The notes under the pieces were generated by a model. That model did no database searches. It was not told the DNA's origin and saw nothing but the letters and a program-made list of their open reading frames with translations. A stretch of DNA of 64,000 bases from Gammaproteobacteria bacterium. GTDB lineage: Bacteria > Pseudomonadota > Gammaproteobacteria > Natronospirales > REEB76. Every line of letters begins with the position of its first letter. Positions within the stretch are counted from its first letter, which is position 1. The DNA is taken from the NCBI GenBank assembly GCA_049698775.1, contig JBAVYM010000009.1:5020-69019 (forward strand). The letters are read 5' to 3'. Positions 9,564-18,586 of this stretch are shown here, in pieces. A program made the translations under genes and the position numbers.

Positions 9564-10565
9564 TCAGATTTCAAAACCAAAGACGAGATCATCGTAATCG
9601 TGGTCCCCGCCCCGGCAAAGATATTCACCCACCGGTCGGAATCCCAAGCGTTGGTAGAAATCCGTGGCCCGGTCGTTATATTTGTAGTCACCGAGCAATA
9701 TGCGTTTGAATCCGTTTTGCTTTGCAAACTGAATCGCTTTTGTCATGAGGCTCTTGCCCAAGCCGCCGCCCTGGAAGTGCTTCAGCAGGTAGATGCGGTG
9801 AATCTCCAAATCATCAGGTTGCACGCCGTTAAACGGCAGGCTGGGCGGCGCCGCCACGAGATAGCCCACCGGTGCATTGCAGGTTTCGGTCTCCGCCATC
9901 CAGGTTCGCGCCTTGGCATTTTCGAGCCATCTCCGGTAAGTACCGGGCGAATCGTGGTTAACACAATGTGCGAGGATGTCCTCGTCCGCAAAAGCGCCCG
10001 TGTAGGTTTCCATGAACGTGACTTTCCCCAAGAAAGTCAGGGCATCCTCATCACCTGGAGCGCATGCACGTATGTGTGTGCACTTGGACAGTCGGTGATA
10101 TTTCCCGTGTGCAACAGGCATTGGATGGAAATCAACAACATTATTGTCGGTACGCTGATTGAGCACAGGCTTGCGGTCATGCTGCGGTTTGATTAAAAGC
10201 TGTGCGCGAATGTCTTTTCTGTAAGTTGATCCGGAAATAATCTTGACGTTACCAGTCAGGGTCAATTCATAGCCGTTTTGCTGGGCCCGGATTTCATTGA
10301 CACACCTGATATTGACAATGAAAGACCGGTGTACTCTCGCGAATGGGGGCGTTGGCAATCTGCCTTCAATGTGGGTTATGGTTTCCTTGGTGTGGATTGT
10401 CTCTCCACTGACCATGACAATGCCAATGTAATTGCCGGAGGCTTCCACATACATGATCTGTGCCGGGTCAATAAGCTTGATGCGGGTTCCGACTTTTACA
10501 GAAAGCTTGTCCGCCATGATTTTTGTCTCACTGGGAACAAGGTCATCAACTTCTGGATTAAACAT
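9564..10565 (-). CDS. Fusion protein: N-terminal LytTR DNA-binding domain + C-terminal GNAT N-acetyltransferase domain
   Basis: LytTR: KLSVKVGTRIKLIDPAQIMYVEASGNYIGIVMVSGETIHTKETITHIEGRLPTPPFARVHRSFIVNIRCVNEI. GNAT: LEIHRIYLLKHFQGGGLGKSLMTKAIQFAKQNGFKRILLGDYKYNDRATDFYQRLGFRPVG (Q/RxxGxG/A acetyl-CoA loop). Visibly lower GC than upstream genes. Confidence 0.8.
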   Translation of the reverse strand: MFNPEVDDLVPSETKIMADKLSVKVGTRIKLIDPAQIMYVEASGNYIGIVMVSGETIHTKETITHIEGRLPTPPFARVHRSFIVNIRCVNEIRAQQNGYELTLTGNVKIISGSTYRKDIRAQLLIKPQHDRKPVLNQRTDNNVVDFHPMPVAHGKYHRLSKCTHIRACAPGDEDALTFLGKVTFMETYTGAFADEDILAHCVNHDSPGTYRRWLENAKARTWMAETETCNAPVGYLVAAPPSLPFNGVQPDDLEIHRIYLLKHFQGGGLGKSLMTKAIQFAKQNGFKRILLGDYKYNDRATDFYQRLGFRPVGEYLCRGGDHDYDDLVFGFEI

Positions 10566-10577
10566 ATCTTGGGTTCC

Positions 10578-11321
10578 TCATGTGCTGGCAAAATCAAAGA
10601 CAGCGTCAATGTGCGCTGCAGTGGTATTGATGTAGGTGACGCCATCAATCTCGAACATTGCAAGGGTTTTCAGTTCAGGGAATGCCAGCGGCAGTTCGGT
10701 GCAGGCCAGGCACACAACCGGCGGTGCCGCGAACTGCTGTTCGCAGCATCGCCTCGCGATGTCTCCCAGGCGCACATCCGTTCCCCCGGTTTTCCCGTGT
10801 TGCAGTTGTTCACTGAGCCGGATGGTCATGGCCCTGGCGTCCGGATCCTCCGGCCCCGTCGCTTCGATTCCCTGAGCGGCAAAGATCTCACGGAGTCTTG
10901 CTGACCGCATGGTCGTGGCCGTGCCCAGTATCAGGACCTGTTTGGCTTCGATGCGCGCACATTCCCTGGCGGCGACCTCGAACATGTTGATGACGGGAAT
11001 CCCGATGCCGCGCACGATCTCCGCGAACCGGTGGTGAGATGTATTGCTGGCTATCAGTGCAACACACGCGCTGCTTACTTCCAGGCGTTGCAGCGCGGCG
11101 CGATGGTATTGGTCAAATCGCGACCAAGACGCCTCATCGTCGTCAGTGCCAAGGTAGGCAACGGCCTTGTCGTGATCCAGCGATTCGATGACCATCTCCG
11201 GCATGGCGTGACCGGCGTGCGGATGGCTATGGTTCCACAACTCGCCCAGGCGACAGAGTTCGCTGTAATACTCGACGGTGGACGGCCAGGCGATGCCACC
11301 GACGATCCCGATTTTCTTCAT
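10578..11321 (-). CDS. Asp/Glu/hydantoin racemase superfamily protein (first catalytic Cys position is Ser)
   Basis: MKKIGIVGGIAWPSTVEYY...; motif 1 LIASNTSHH (canonical xCNTAH); motif 2 VCLACTELP (canonical GCTE). 4-nt overlap with the upstream gene. Confidence 0.8.
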   Translation of the reverse strand: MKKIGIVGGIAWPSTVEYYSELCRLGELWNHSHPHAGHAMPEMVIESLDHDKAVAYLGTDDDEASWSRFDQYHRAALQRLEVSSACVALIASNTSHHRFAEIVRGIGIPVINMFEVAARECARIEAKQVLILGTATTMRSARLREIFAAQGIEATGPEDPDARAMTIRLSEQLQHGKTGGTDVRLGDIARRCCEQQFAAPPVVCLACTELPLAFPELKTLAMFEIDGVTYINTTAAHIDAVFDFAST

Positions 11322-12196
11322 TGCGCCCTCCGCTTTTCAACGACGCGATGGATGAGCCGTTGCGCGGCTGCGGTATCGGTCTTGAATAAAGTATTGATAT
11401 CCCGGTAGCTCACCGCGTCATCTGCGAACGAAAAGCTGCCATGCTCAAGCATCTCCCTAGCCGCGCGCAGGAAAGTGCCGAGGGCGGCGCGCGCGAGCGC
11501 GCTGCCGACGCTGATGCGTTTGACCCCGATGGCGGATAGATCCGCGAGATTCAAGCGGATGCCTTGCAGGCCCATGACCACGTTTACGGGGCGATCTACT
11601 GAGTTGACCACGGCGGCGATGTCTCCCCGGCTCGCGAGACCAGGCGCGTAGAGCACGTCTGCGCCCGCTTCCTGGTAAGCCTGAAGCCGCTTGATCGTAT
11701 CCCTGATATCCGGCCTGCCGACGAGATAATTTTCGGCTCGCCCAGTCAGCATGAATGAGAACGGCAATGCGTGTGCCGCCTCTGCTGCCGCGCGGACCCG
11801 CTCGACCGCATGCTCAAACTCATAAACCGGATGATCCGGTCGGCCGGTTGAATCCTCGATTGAGCCGCCGACAGCACCGGTGGCGGCCGCGAGTCGGATG
11901 GTTTCCGCAACCGTTGCGGGATCATCTCCATAACCGTTCTCGAGATCGGCACTGACCGGCAGATCAGTGGCAGATGCGATACCGGCGACATGAGCCAGCA
12001 TCTCATCACGCGGAATCGAATTGTCCGGCCTGCCGGCAGAAAACGCATAACCGGCGCTAGTGGTCGCCAGTGCCTCGAAACCCAGATACGCAAGCAGCTG
12101 GGCCGTACCCACATCCCACGGGTTGGGGATAATGAATGCGCCTTCGCGCGCATGCAGCGCGCGGAAGGCTCTGCCCTTTTCAGCCTGGGTAAGCAT
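11318..12196 (-). CDS. Isocitrate lyase/PEP mutase superfamily protein (no KRCGH loop)
   Basis: MLTQAEKGRAFRALHAREGAFIIPNPWDVGTAQLLAYLGFEALATTSAGYAF...LPVSADLENGYGD...VGGSIEDS. The internal ATG at 12196 is preferred over the ORF-track start at 12235. Confidence 0.8.
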   Translation of the reverse strand: MLTQAEKGRAFRALHAREGAFIIPNPWDVGTAQLLAYLGFEALATTSAGYAFSAGRPDNSIPRDEMLAHVAGIASATDLPVSADLENGYGDDPATVAETIRLAAATGAVGGSIEDSTGRPDHPVYEFEHAVERVRAAAEAAHALPFSFMLTGRAENYLVGRPDIRDTIKRLQAYQEAGADVLYAPGLASRGDIAAVVNSVDRPVNVVMGLQGIRLNLADLSAIGVKRISVGSALARAALGTFLRAAREMLEHGSFSFADDAVSYRDINTLFKTDTAAAQRLIHRVVEKRRAQ

Positions 12197-12336
12197 TTGG
12201 CATCTCGCTCCTCGAATGGCCGGAAACCATGCCACACCGCTTTATGGCACGGATTTCCCTGTCACCGAGGCAGGTATAGTTCATTTGCGTTGTCGCTAGC
12301 CGCTGGATTTCTGAAATAACTCCGATTTATTTCTTA

Positions 12337-12669
12337 CTACACGGTCGAGGGAATTCCCAGTGTGCCGTCCACGACTGCCACGAAATTCCTTTCCTCACGG
12401 AGAATCAGCCGCTTGGCCTCGGCCATGGCAAAATTCTCACGTCCTTCCGGATCCGATCGCAGGCGTAATTGGTACGCCTCATAGGAGGCCAAGCTGTCAA
12501 ACGCAATCAAACCCCAGGCAATATTGTTCGTCCCCTGATGCGGCAGAAAGTACCCAATGAGGTGCCCGCCGCAACGCGGGATGATGTGCCCCCAGTTCTC
12601 CGCGTATTCTTTGAACGCGTTACGCTGGAACGGATCAATCTCATAGCGGATGATGCAAGTAATCGTCAT
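12337..12669 (-). CDS. NIPSNAP-family protein
   Basis: [80 protein letters not shown]. Internal ATG 12669. Confidence 0.75.
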   Translation of the reverse strand: MTITCIIRYEIDPFQRNAFKEYAENWGHIIPRCGGHLIGYFLPHQGTNNIAWGLIAFDSLASYEAYQLRLRSDPEGRENFAMAEAKRLILREERNFVAVVDGTLGIPSTV

Positions 12670-12793
12670 GTGCTCTCTCCTGATGTGGTCGGAACCGCAT
12701 ACAGGGCGGATGGCTGTTCGTCCGGCTTGAGGCGGTAAATCCGGAGCAAGTATCTCCATTGCGAGACAAACACACTTCGTTTACGATAAAACT

Positions 12794-13492
12794 ATGAATG
12801 CAGCGACGCCTGACGCTCTGGTGGCTGGAATTGCCGCGGCCATCGCCGAACCGGCCCGCACCCGCATGCTCTATTGCCTGATGGACGGCCACGCGCGCAC
12901 CAGCACTGAGCTCGCGATCGTGGCGGAGGTCGGCCCCTCGACAGCCAGCGTGCATTTGGCGCGCCTGAAGGAGCAGCGCCTCATAAAAGTTGTGATTCAG
13001 GGAAAATATCGCTACTACAGCTTGGAAAACGAAAGCGTGGCGAAGGCGCTTGAAGCCCTGACGGTCGTTGCCGGCATATCCCGTGGCGGGTTCGTTCCGA
13101 ATACCCCAACCCGCCTGCGCGCCGCGCGCACCTGCTACGACCACATGGCGGGCAGCTTGGCCGTAGCACTGCACGACCGCTTCGTGGACATGGGATGGTT
13201 GTCAAACGCTTCGGCAGACACTGGCGAATACGCCGTCACCAGCGAGGGAGCCAAGGCACTGAAAGAGTTTGGCGTTGACATGCAAGCGGCCAGCGGGCGG
13301 CGGCGCCGTTTCGCCTATGCCTGCCTCGATTGGAGCGAACGCCGGCCGCACATCGCCGGTGCGCTCGGCGCAGCGTTGTTGAAGCTCGCGCTGAAACGCA
13401 AATGGGTTGTCAAAGACCTTGATAGCCGTGCCTTGCGGATTACCACAGCCGGCCGCAAGGAGCTTCTGCGCCAATTCGGCCTGCAAGTTTGA
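12794..13492 (+). CDS. ArsR/SmtB-type winged-helix transcriptional regulator with C-terminal extension
   Basis: AIAEPARTRMLYCLMDGHARTSTELAIVAEVGPSTASVHLARLKEQRLIKVVIQGKYRYYSL. Divergent from the NIPSNAP gene. Confidence 0.8.
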   Translation: MNAATPDALVAGIAAAIAEPARTRMLYCLMDGHARTSTELAIVAEVGPSTASVHLARLKEQRLIKVVIQGKYRYYSLENESVAKALEALTVVAGISRGGFVPNTPTRLRAARTCYDHMAGSLAVALHDRFVDMGWLSNASADTGEYAVTSEGAKALKEFGVDMQAASGRRRRFAYACLDWSERRPHIAGALGAALLKLALKRKWVVKDLDSRALRITTAGRKELLRQFGLQV

Positions 13493-13608
13493 GTGCGGGA
13501 GCGAGACCATCGCCCAGAATCAGGAATTTTCCCGCATGATCGCATCACCCGCGTCAAAAGAATTCAAACGCGGGAACCCGGGATCTTTATCCTGAAGAAA
13601 AAACAACC

Positions 13609-13630
13609 GGGCGGACCGCAAAGTCCGCCC
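13609..13630. terminator. Bidirectional hairpin terminator between convergent genes
   Basis: gggcggac-cgcaaa-gtccgccc (8-bp stem), flanked by an a-run upstream (13598-13605) and gttttct downstream, so each strand sees a T-rich tail. Confidence 0.7.
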
Positions 13631-13656
13631 AGTGTTTTCTGACTATCGAATGCTTA

Positions 13657-14136
13657 TCAGCCGCAGGCCGGCGCGTTGCGCTGCGTCACATTGAAGTTCA
13701 CCTGCTTGGTGGTTGCGGGCGCCGAGGCAAACGCATACGGCTCGGATGTGCCGGAAGGAAAACGGCAATTCGTCCCCGGAATGGTGACTTCCACCGTCAC
13801 GTTCACGGTGGCACCCGATGCATCGAAATTCGTGAACCGGATAATGTAACCGCCGTGCTTTTGCTCACCGAGGAACATGGTCAACACCATGTTATTTGAA
13901 AAATCCACGGCCGGTTTGGATGGCGCGCTCGATTGATTTGCAAAGGCCTGTTGCCACAAAGCATCGAAATCCGCCTGGTTATGGACGTCCTTGTACTGCT
14001 CATCCTTCATGTTGCTGTGATTGCCCGTGCTTAACATTTCGGTGCCAGAACTGCTGCCGCCCATGCTAGCGCAACCGGCGAGCAGTAGCATCAGCGTCGC
14101 GGCCGCCGTCAAAGTTTTAACAAAATTGCTTTTCAC
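13657..14136 (-). CDS. Lipoprotein, PrcB C-terminal-domain-like
   Basis: Lipobox LLLAGC in MKSNFVKTLTAAATLMLLLAGCAS. DFDALWQQAF...MVLTMFLGEQKHGGYIIRFTNFD resembles the PrcB_C family. Confidence 0.6.
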   Translation of the reverse strand: MKSNFVKTLTAAATLMLLLAGCASMGGSSSGTEMLSTGNHSNMKDEQYKDVHNQADFDALWQQAFANQSSAPSKPAVDFSNNMVLTMFLGEQKHGGYIIRFTNFDASGATVNVTVEVTIPGTNCRFPSGTSEPYAFASAPATTKQVNFNVTQRNAPACG

Positions 14137-14183
14137 GATACACCTCCACTATCGGTTAAGATTTAATTGTACTCCAGCCATAC

Positions 14184-14879
14184 TCAACGCGCTTGCTTGA
14201 GCAGATACACAACGGTGACGTCGGCGGTGATTTCAATGGTGCCTGGCTCGTATTCCGCGCCATCGGAAGCAGGTGCCACCCGGAATCCCGTCACAATCGG
14301 GCGCGGCGCGAAGCCGGTATTCTCGGTGATGCTGTACACGGAGCCCAAGTTTACGTTGGCCGCCTTCGCCAAGGCTAGAGCCCGGGCGTGGGCGTCGTCC
14401 ACCGCCTGGGCCAGTGCCTGCCGACGCAGCTCTGGCATGTCGCTGCGATCCAGCGAGGTGTTGCTTACATTGTTCACGCCCGCTTTCACCAGAGCGCTCA
14501 CCAAGTCCGCGTATCGGTCCAGGTCGTGCAGCGTTATCTCGATGCGCCGGCTTACATGCTGGCCCACAAAGATCTGGGTATTGTTCTGCCACCGGTATTC
14601 GGGCCAGATGGACAGGGTGTTCGCGCTGATGTCACGTTCCGCTACACCCAGCCGCTTTGCGGAAGCGATGACCTGGCTGGTGCGGCGTTCCACATCCGCG
14701 CGTGCGGCGGACATATCCTCGCCGGTCTTTTCCACCGTGACGGAGACATGCGCCATATCCGGCACTACCGTAAGCGAACCATGACCTGTCACCTGGACGT
14801 AAGGTACCGATGGCAACGCATCCGCGAGTGCCGCCAAAGGCAGCAGGCAGGCAAGCAACAAAACGGTGATGTGTTTCAT
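14184..14879 (-). CDS. SIMPL/DUF541 (YggE-like) periplasmic protein
   Basis: Signal peptide, then YVQVTGHGSLTVVPDMAHVSVTVEKTGEDMSAARADVERRTSQVIASAKRLGV...ALAQAVDDAHARALALAKAANVNLG...PGTIEITADVTVVYLL. Confidence 0.85.
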   Translation of the reverse strand: MKHITVLLLACLLPLAALADALPSVPYVQVTGHGSLTVVPDMAHVSVTVEKTGEDMSAARADVERRTSQVIASAKRLGVAERDISANTLSIWPEYRWQNNTQIFVGQHVSRRIEITLHDLDRYADLVSALVKAGVNNVSNTSLDRSDMPELRRQALAQAVDDAHARALALAKAANVNLGSVYSITENTGFAPRPIVTGFRVAPASDGAEYEPGTIEITADVTVVYLLKQAR

Positions 14880-14889
14880 ATCGCAGCCT

Positions 14890-15867
14890 TCATTCAGCCA
14901 GCAAATAGGCGAACATCAGCGGCGCCACGATGGTGGCGTCAGATTCAATGATGTAGCGTGGCGTGTCCTTGCCGAGCTTGCCCCAGGTGATTTTTTCGTT
15001 GGGCACGGCGCCCGAATAGGAGCCGTAGCTCGTCGTGGAGTCGCTGATCTGGCAGAAATACGCCCATAGCGGCGTTTCCTGCTCCATGTCCTGCTCCAGC
15101 ATCGGCACCACGCAGATGGGGAAATCGCCGGCGATGCCGCCGCCAATCTGGAAGAAGCCCACGCCCTGACCGGCGGCATTCTTCCGGTACCAATCGGACA
15201 GCAGCATCATGTACTCGATGCCGGTGCGCACCGTGTGCACGTTTTTCACGTCGCTTTTCATGCAGTGCGCCGCGAAAATGTTGCCGAGTGTGGAATCTTC
15301 CCAGCCCGGCACGATGATGGGCAGGTTCTTCTCGCACGCCGCCACCATCCAGGAATCCTTCGGGTCAATCTGATGGAACTGCTTGAGCACGCCGCTGCGG
15401 ATAATTTTGTACATGAACTCATGCGGGAAAAGCCGTTCGCCTTTCCGGTCCGCCGCGGTCCATTCCTGCAGCACGGCTTTCTCAATGCGACGGATGGCTT
15501 CGCCTTCCGGAATGCAGGTATCGGTGACCCGGTTCAGATGCTGATCCAGCAACTTTTCTTCCTCGGCGGGAGAAAGCTGGCGATAATGCGGCACGCGCAC
15601 GTAATGATCGTGGGCCACGAGATTGAAGATGTCCTCTTCCAGATTCGCGCCGGTACAGGTGATGATCTGCACCTGGTCGCGGCGGATCATCTCGGCCAGC
15701 GACAATCCCAGTTCCGCGGTGCTCATGGCGCCTGCCAGCGTCAGCATCATCTTGCCGCCTGCGGCCATGTGACGCTTGTAGGCTTCGGCGGCGTCAATCA
15801 ATGCCGCGGCATTGAAGTGCCGGTAGTGGTGGCGGATGAATTCGGCGACAGCTTGGCTGTGCTTCAC
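14890..15867 (-). CDS. Deoxyhypusine synthase-like protein (DHS family)
   Basis: MLTLAGAMSTAELGLSLAEMIRRDQVQIITCTGANLEEDIFNLVAH...NRVTDTCIPE...ISDSTTSYGSYSGAVPNEKITWGKL. Confidence 0.85.
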   Translation of the reverse strand: MKHSQAVAEFIRHHYRHFNAAALIDAAEAYKRHMAAGGKMMLTLAGAMSTAELGLSLAEMIRRDQVQIITCTGANLEEDIFNLVAHDHYVRVPHYRQLSPAEEEKLLDQHLNRVTDTCIPEGEAIRRIEKAVLQEWTAADRKGERLFPHEFMYKIIRSGVLKQFHQIDPKDSWMVAACEKNLPIIVPGWEDSTLGNIFAAHCMKSDVKNVHTVRTGIEYMMLLSDWYRKNAAGQGVGFFQIGGGIAGDFPICVVPMLEQDMEQETPLWAYFCQISDSTTSYGSYSGAVPNEKITWGKLGKDTPRYIIESDATIVAPLMFAYLLAE

Positions 15868-15937
15868 GTCTCGGGTCTCCCGGTAACAAAGTTTGCGGCA
15901 AGAATTGTAGCGGCTGGCGTGGATTTGACCATGCCCT

Positions 15938-16138
15938 TCAGGTCTTCTTTTCTGCCGGCACGACCGGCTCTGTCAGCACTTGGTCGAGTTTGAGGGCGCG
16001 GATCGCACCCAGCGAAGCTTCCACGGCGCCCTCGTGACACAGGCCGCTTATGGCCGCGGATTCATAGCCCTCGCGTGCTGCCTTGAGGCAGGCGGCGCGC
16101 ACCGCCTCCGCCAATGCCCGCGCTTCGGCTGCGTTCAC
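15938..16138 (-). CDS. Small hypothetical protein (66 aa), translationally coupled to the upstream beta-propeller gene
   Basis: GTG start overlaps the upstream TGA (GTGA, 16135-16138). Protein-like Ala/Glu-rich helical sequence MNAAEARALAEAVRAACLKAAREGYESAAISGLCHEGAVEASLGAIRAL. No family recognised. Confidence 0.5.
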   Translation of the reverse strand: MNAAEARALAEAVRAACLKAAREGYESAAISGLCHEGAVEASLGAIRALKLDQVLTEPVVPAEKKT

Positions 16139-17163
16139 GAGGTATTCCCGTGATCCGGCGCAGTTACCACATATACGCGAATCTCCGCCACGCGTTTGCC
16201 CCGGGCCGGAACCGCCAGGTAATAGCGGCCGGTGGCGGTATCCAGCAATGCTGTGCCAGCGCCGCGCGCCGTATGGATATCCGCGCTCTCGCGCAGCCGG
16301 CCTTCCCGGCCTTCGGCGTACACCGCGATCCGGCCCACGCCGCCCGAGGCGTACAGTTCGCCGCTCGCGGCGTTGTAAAACAAACCCTCCACGTCACCCG
16401 GCGCCACCAGCGTCTGCACTACTCGCCCGCTGCGGGTTTCCAGCACCAGCAATTCGTCGGGATCACGGGTAGCGATGAACAACCTGCCGTGTGCACTATC
16501 CAGCGCCATGGGAAAATTTGTGCCACTCTCAATACCCAGCTCCCAAGTGGCAATGCGCTTGTTGCTCATCAGATTGAATATCGCGATCTCGTGGCTGGCG
16601 GGCAAGTTCACGTACAGATGCTTGGCGTCCGCATCCGCCGTAAAACCGGCCGGATGGTTGTCCAGCGACAGTTGCGTCAGGGGGCGACCGTCGCTGTCCA
16701 TGATGGCGATGCCGCTGGCATGCCCTTCACCATAGCCGAGATAGAGGCGTTTGGTGGCGGCGTCGTAGTATAGGCCATCGGCATCACCGCCGAACGTGAT
16801 GCTGCCGCCGGGCATCAGGGTATCCGCGTCATAGAAATCGAGATCGCCGTTGCCGGCGTTGCTCACGGCCAGCCGTTTGCTTTGCGGAAGATACACCACG
16901 TCCACCGGCTGAGCGAGGCTCGTGATGCTGGCGCTTATCTTGCCGGTTGCGAGGTTCAACACCAGCAGTGTGTCGCTACCTGTGACACACACGAACAGAC
17001 GCCGATGTGCTGCATCCACGGCCATGTGCCCAAACACGCCGCGCACATTCGGCAGCATGGAAACGCTGTTGAGACCAAGTCCGGCGCGGGCCAGGGGGGC
17101 CATGAGCAACAGCAACATGCCCAAAGCCGCATGGAAACATAGCCGCATCATGTTTACTGCCAA
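16135..17163 (-). CDS. Secreted YncE/YVTN-type beta-propeller repeat protein
   Basis: Signal peptide MRLCFHAALGMLLLLMAPLARAG. Repeated ...RLFV/RLAVSN/KRLYLGY/KHLYVNL/GRLFIAT/GELYASG/GRYYLAV blade motifs. Confidence 0.75.
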   Translation of the reverse strand: MAVNMMRLCFHAALGMLLLLMAPLARAGLGLNSVSMLPNVRGVFGHMAVDAAHRRLFVCVTGSDTLLVLNLATGKISASITSLAQPVDVVYLPQSKRLAVSNAGNGDLDFYDADTLMPGGSITFGGDADGLYYDAATKRLYLGYGEGHASGIAIMDSDGRPLTQLSLDNHPAGFTADADAKHLYVNLPASHEIAIFNLMSNKRIATWELGIESGTNFPMALDSAHGRLFIATRDPDELLVLETRSGRVVQTLVAPGDVEGLFYNAASGELYASGGVGRIAVYAEGREGRLRESADIHTARGAGTALLDTATGRYYLAVPARGKRVAEIRVYVVTAPDHGNTS

Positions 17164-17243
17164 CTATCCTGCATCAAACTTGCAAAATTACCCGCTACAT
17201 TCCGCTACAATCTCCGCGGCCCGTAACTCCCGGACGCCTACCC

Positions 17244-18581
17244 ATGCCAAACCAGCGCAGTCTCGGTCTTGCCACCACCACCTCCATTGTACTCGGCAAC
17301 ATGGTGGGCTCGGGGGTGTTCCTGCTGCCCGCTTCGCTCGCGCTGTACGGCGTGTACAGCTTGTGGGGCTGGGGGTTCAGCACTGTCGGCGCGCTGTTGC
17401 TGGCTTGGGTGTTCAGCAGCCTGTCGCGCCGCCTGCCGAAGGCCGGCGGTCCTTATGCTTACACACGCGAAGCGTTCGGCGATTTCGCGGGCTTTACCAT
17501 CGCCTGGATTTACTGGATCAGCATCCTCGCCGCCAACGCCGCCATTGCGGTCGCGTTTGCCAGCTACCTGACCGCGTATTTCCCGGCGTTGTCCGCTGAG
17601 CCGATATACGGCGGCCTGGCGGCCATCGTCGCGCTGTGGGTACTCACCGGACTCAACATCTGGGGTGTGCGTGCGGCAGGGAAAATGCAGCTTATCACCG
17701 TGATCCTCAAACTCGCGCCGCTCTTGGCGCTGGCGATATTCGGTTTCTTTCACTTTGATCCAAAGCTGCTGGAATCCGGCCACCTCAGCGGCTCACCGGT
17801 TTCCGCCATCAACACGGCGGCCGCCTTCACCATGTTCGCGTTCCTGGGACTCGAGTGCGCCACCATCCCCGCCGCGCACGTGAAGAATCCGGAAAAAACC
17901 ATCCCGCGCGCCACGATATTGGGCACGGTGATTGCCGCGGTGTTTTATATCGTGTGCACTACCGTGGTCATGGGCCTGATCCCGAGCGCCACGCTCGCGC
18001 ATTCCACCGCGCCGTTTGCCGACGCCGCCAAACTGATATGGGGAAACTGGGGAGGCTACGTTATCGCCGCAGCCGCACTGATTTCCTGTTTCGGTGCGCT
18101 CAACGGCTGGATCCTGATGCAGGGACAATTCCCCCAAGCGGTAGCGAATGACGGTTTATTTCCACGATTCTTCGCGCGCGAATCACGCCGTGGCACACCA
18201 GCAGTGGGTCTGGCGGTCTCGAGCGTACTGGGCACGCTGCTCATCCTCATGAATTACAGCCACGGACTCGTCGGCATGTTCAACATTATCGTGCTGCTGG
18301 ACACGTTTTTCGTACTGGTGCCGTACATGTTCTGCGCCATGGCCGAAATCGTATTGAGCCGCAATCAAAAACACACTATCAAATCGCCGGTGCGCAGGCT
18401 GGTGCTGGCCTGTCTCGCGTTCGCCTTCGCGCTATGGGCCGCCGCCGGCACCGGTGAGGATTCCCTGTACTGGGGTACGCTGTTGCTGCTCGTGGGACTC
18501 CCCATTTACGTCTGGCAAAAACGACATCAGAAACAGTCCGCCCCAGTTCATGTTGAGAATCTAGATACCAATATCGGCTGA
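17244..18581 (+). CDS. APC-superfamily amino acid/polyamine permease (basic amino acid-polyamine antiporter-like)
   Basis: LGLATTTSIVLGNMVGSGVFLLPASLALYG..., ~12 predicted TM segments, 445 aa. Confidence 0.9.
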   Translation: MPNQRSLGLATTTSIVLGNMVGSGVFLLPASLALYGVYSLWGWGFSTVGALLLAWVFSSLSRRLPKAGGPYAYTREAFGDFAGFTIAWIYWISILAANAAIAVAFASYLTAYFPALSAEPIYGGLAAIVALWVLTGLNIWGVRAAGKMQLITVILKLAPLLALAIFGFFHFDPKLLESGHLSGSPVSAINTAAAFTMFAFLGLECATIPAAHVKNPEKTIPRATILGTVIAAVFYIVCTTVVMGLIPSATLAHSTAPFADAAKLIWGNWGGYVIAAAALISCFGALNGWILMQGQFPQAVANDGLFPRFFARESRRGTPAVGLAVSSVLGTLLILMNYSHGLVGMFNIIVLLDTFFVLVPYMFCAMAEIVLSRNQKHTIKSPVRRLVLACLAFAFALWAAAGTGEDSLYWGTLLLLVGLPIYVWQKRHQKQSAPVHVENLDTNIG

Positions 18582-18586
18582 GTCTC

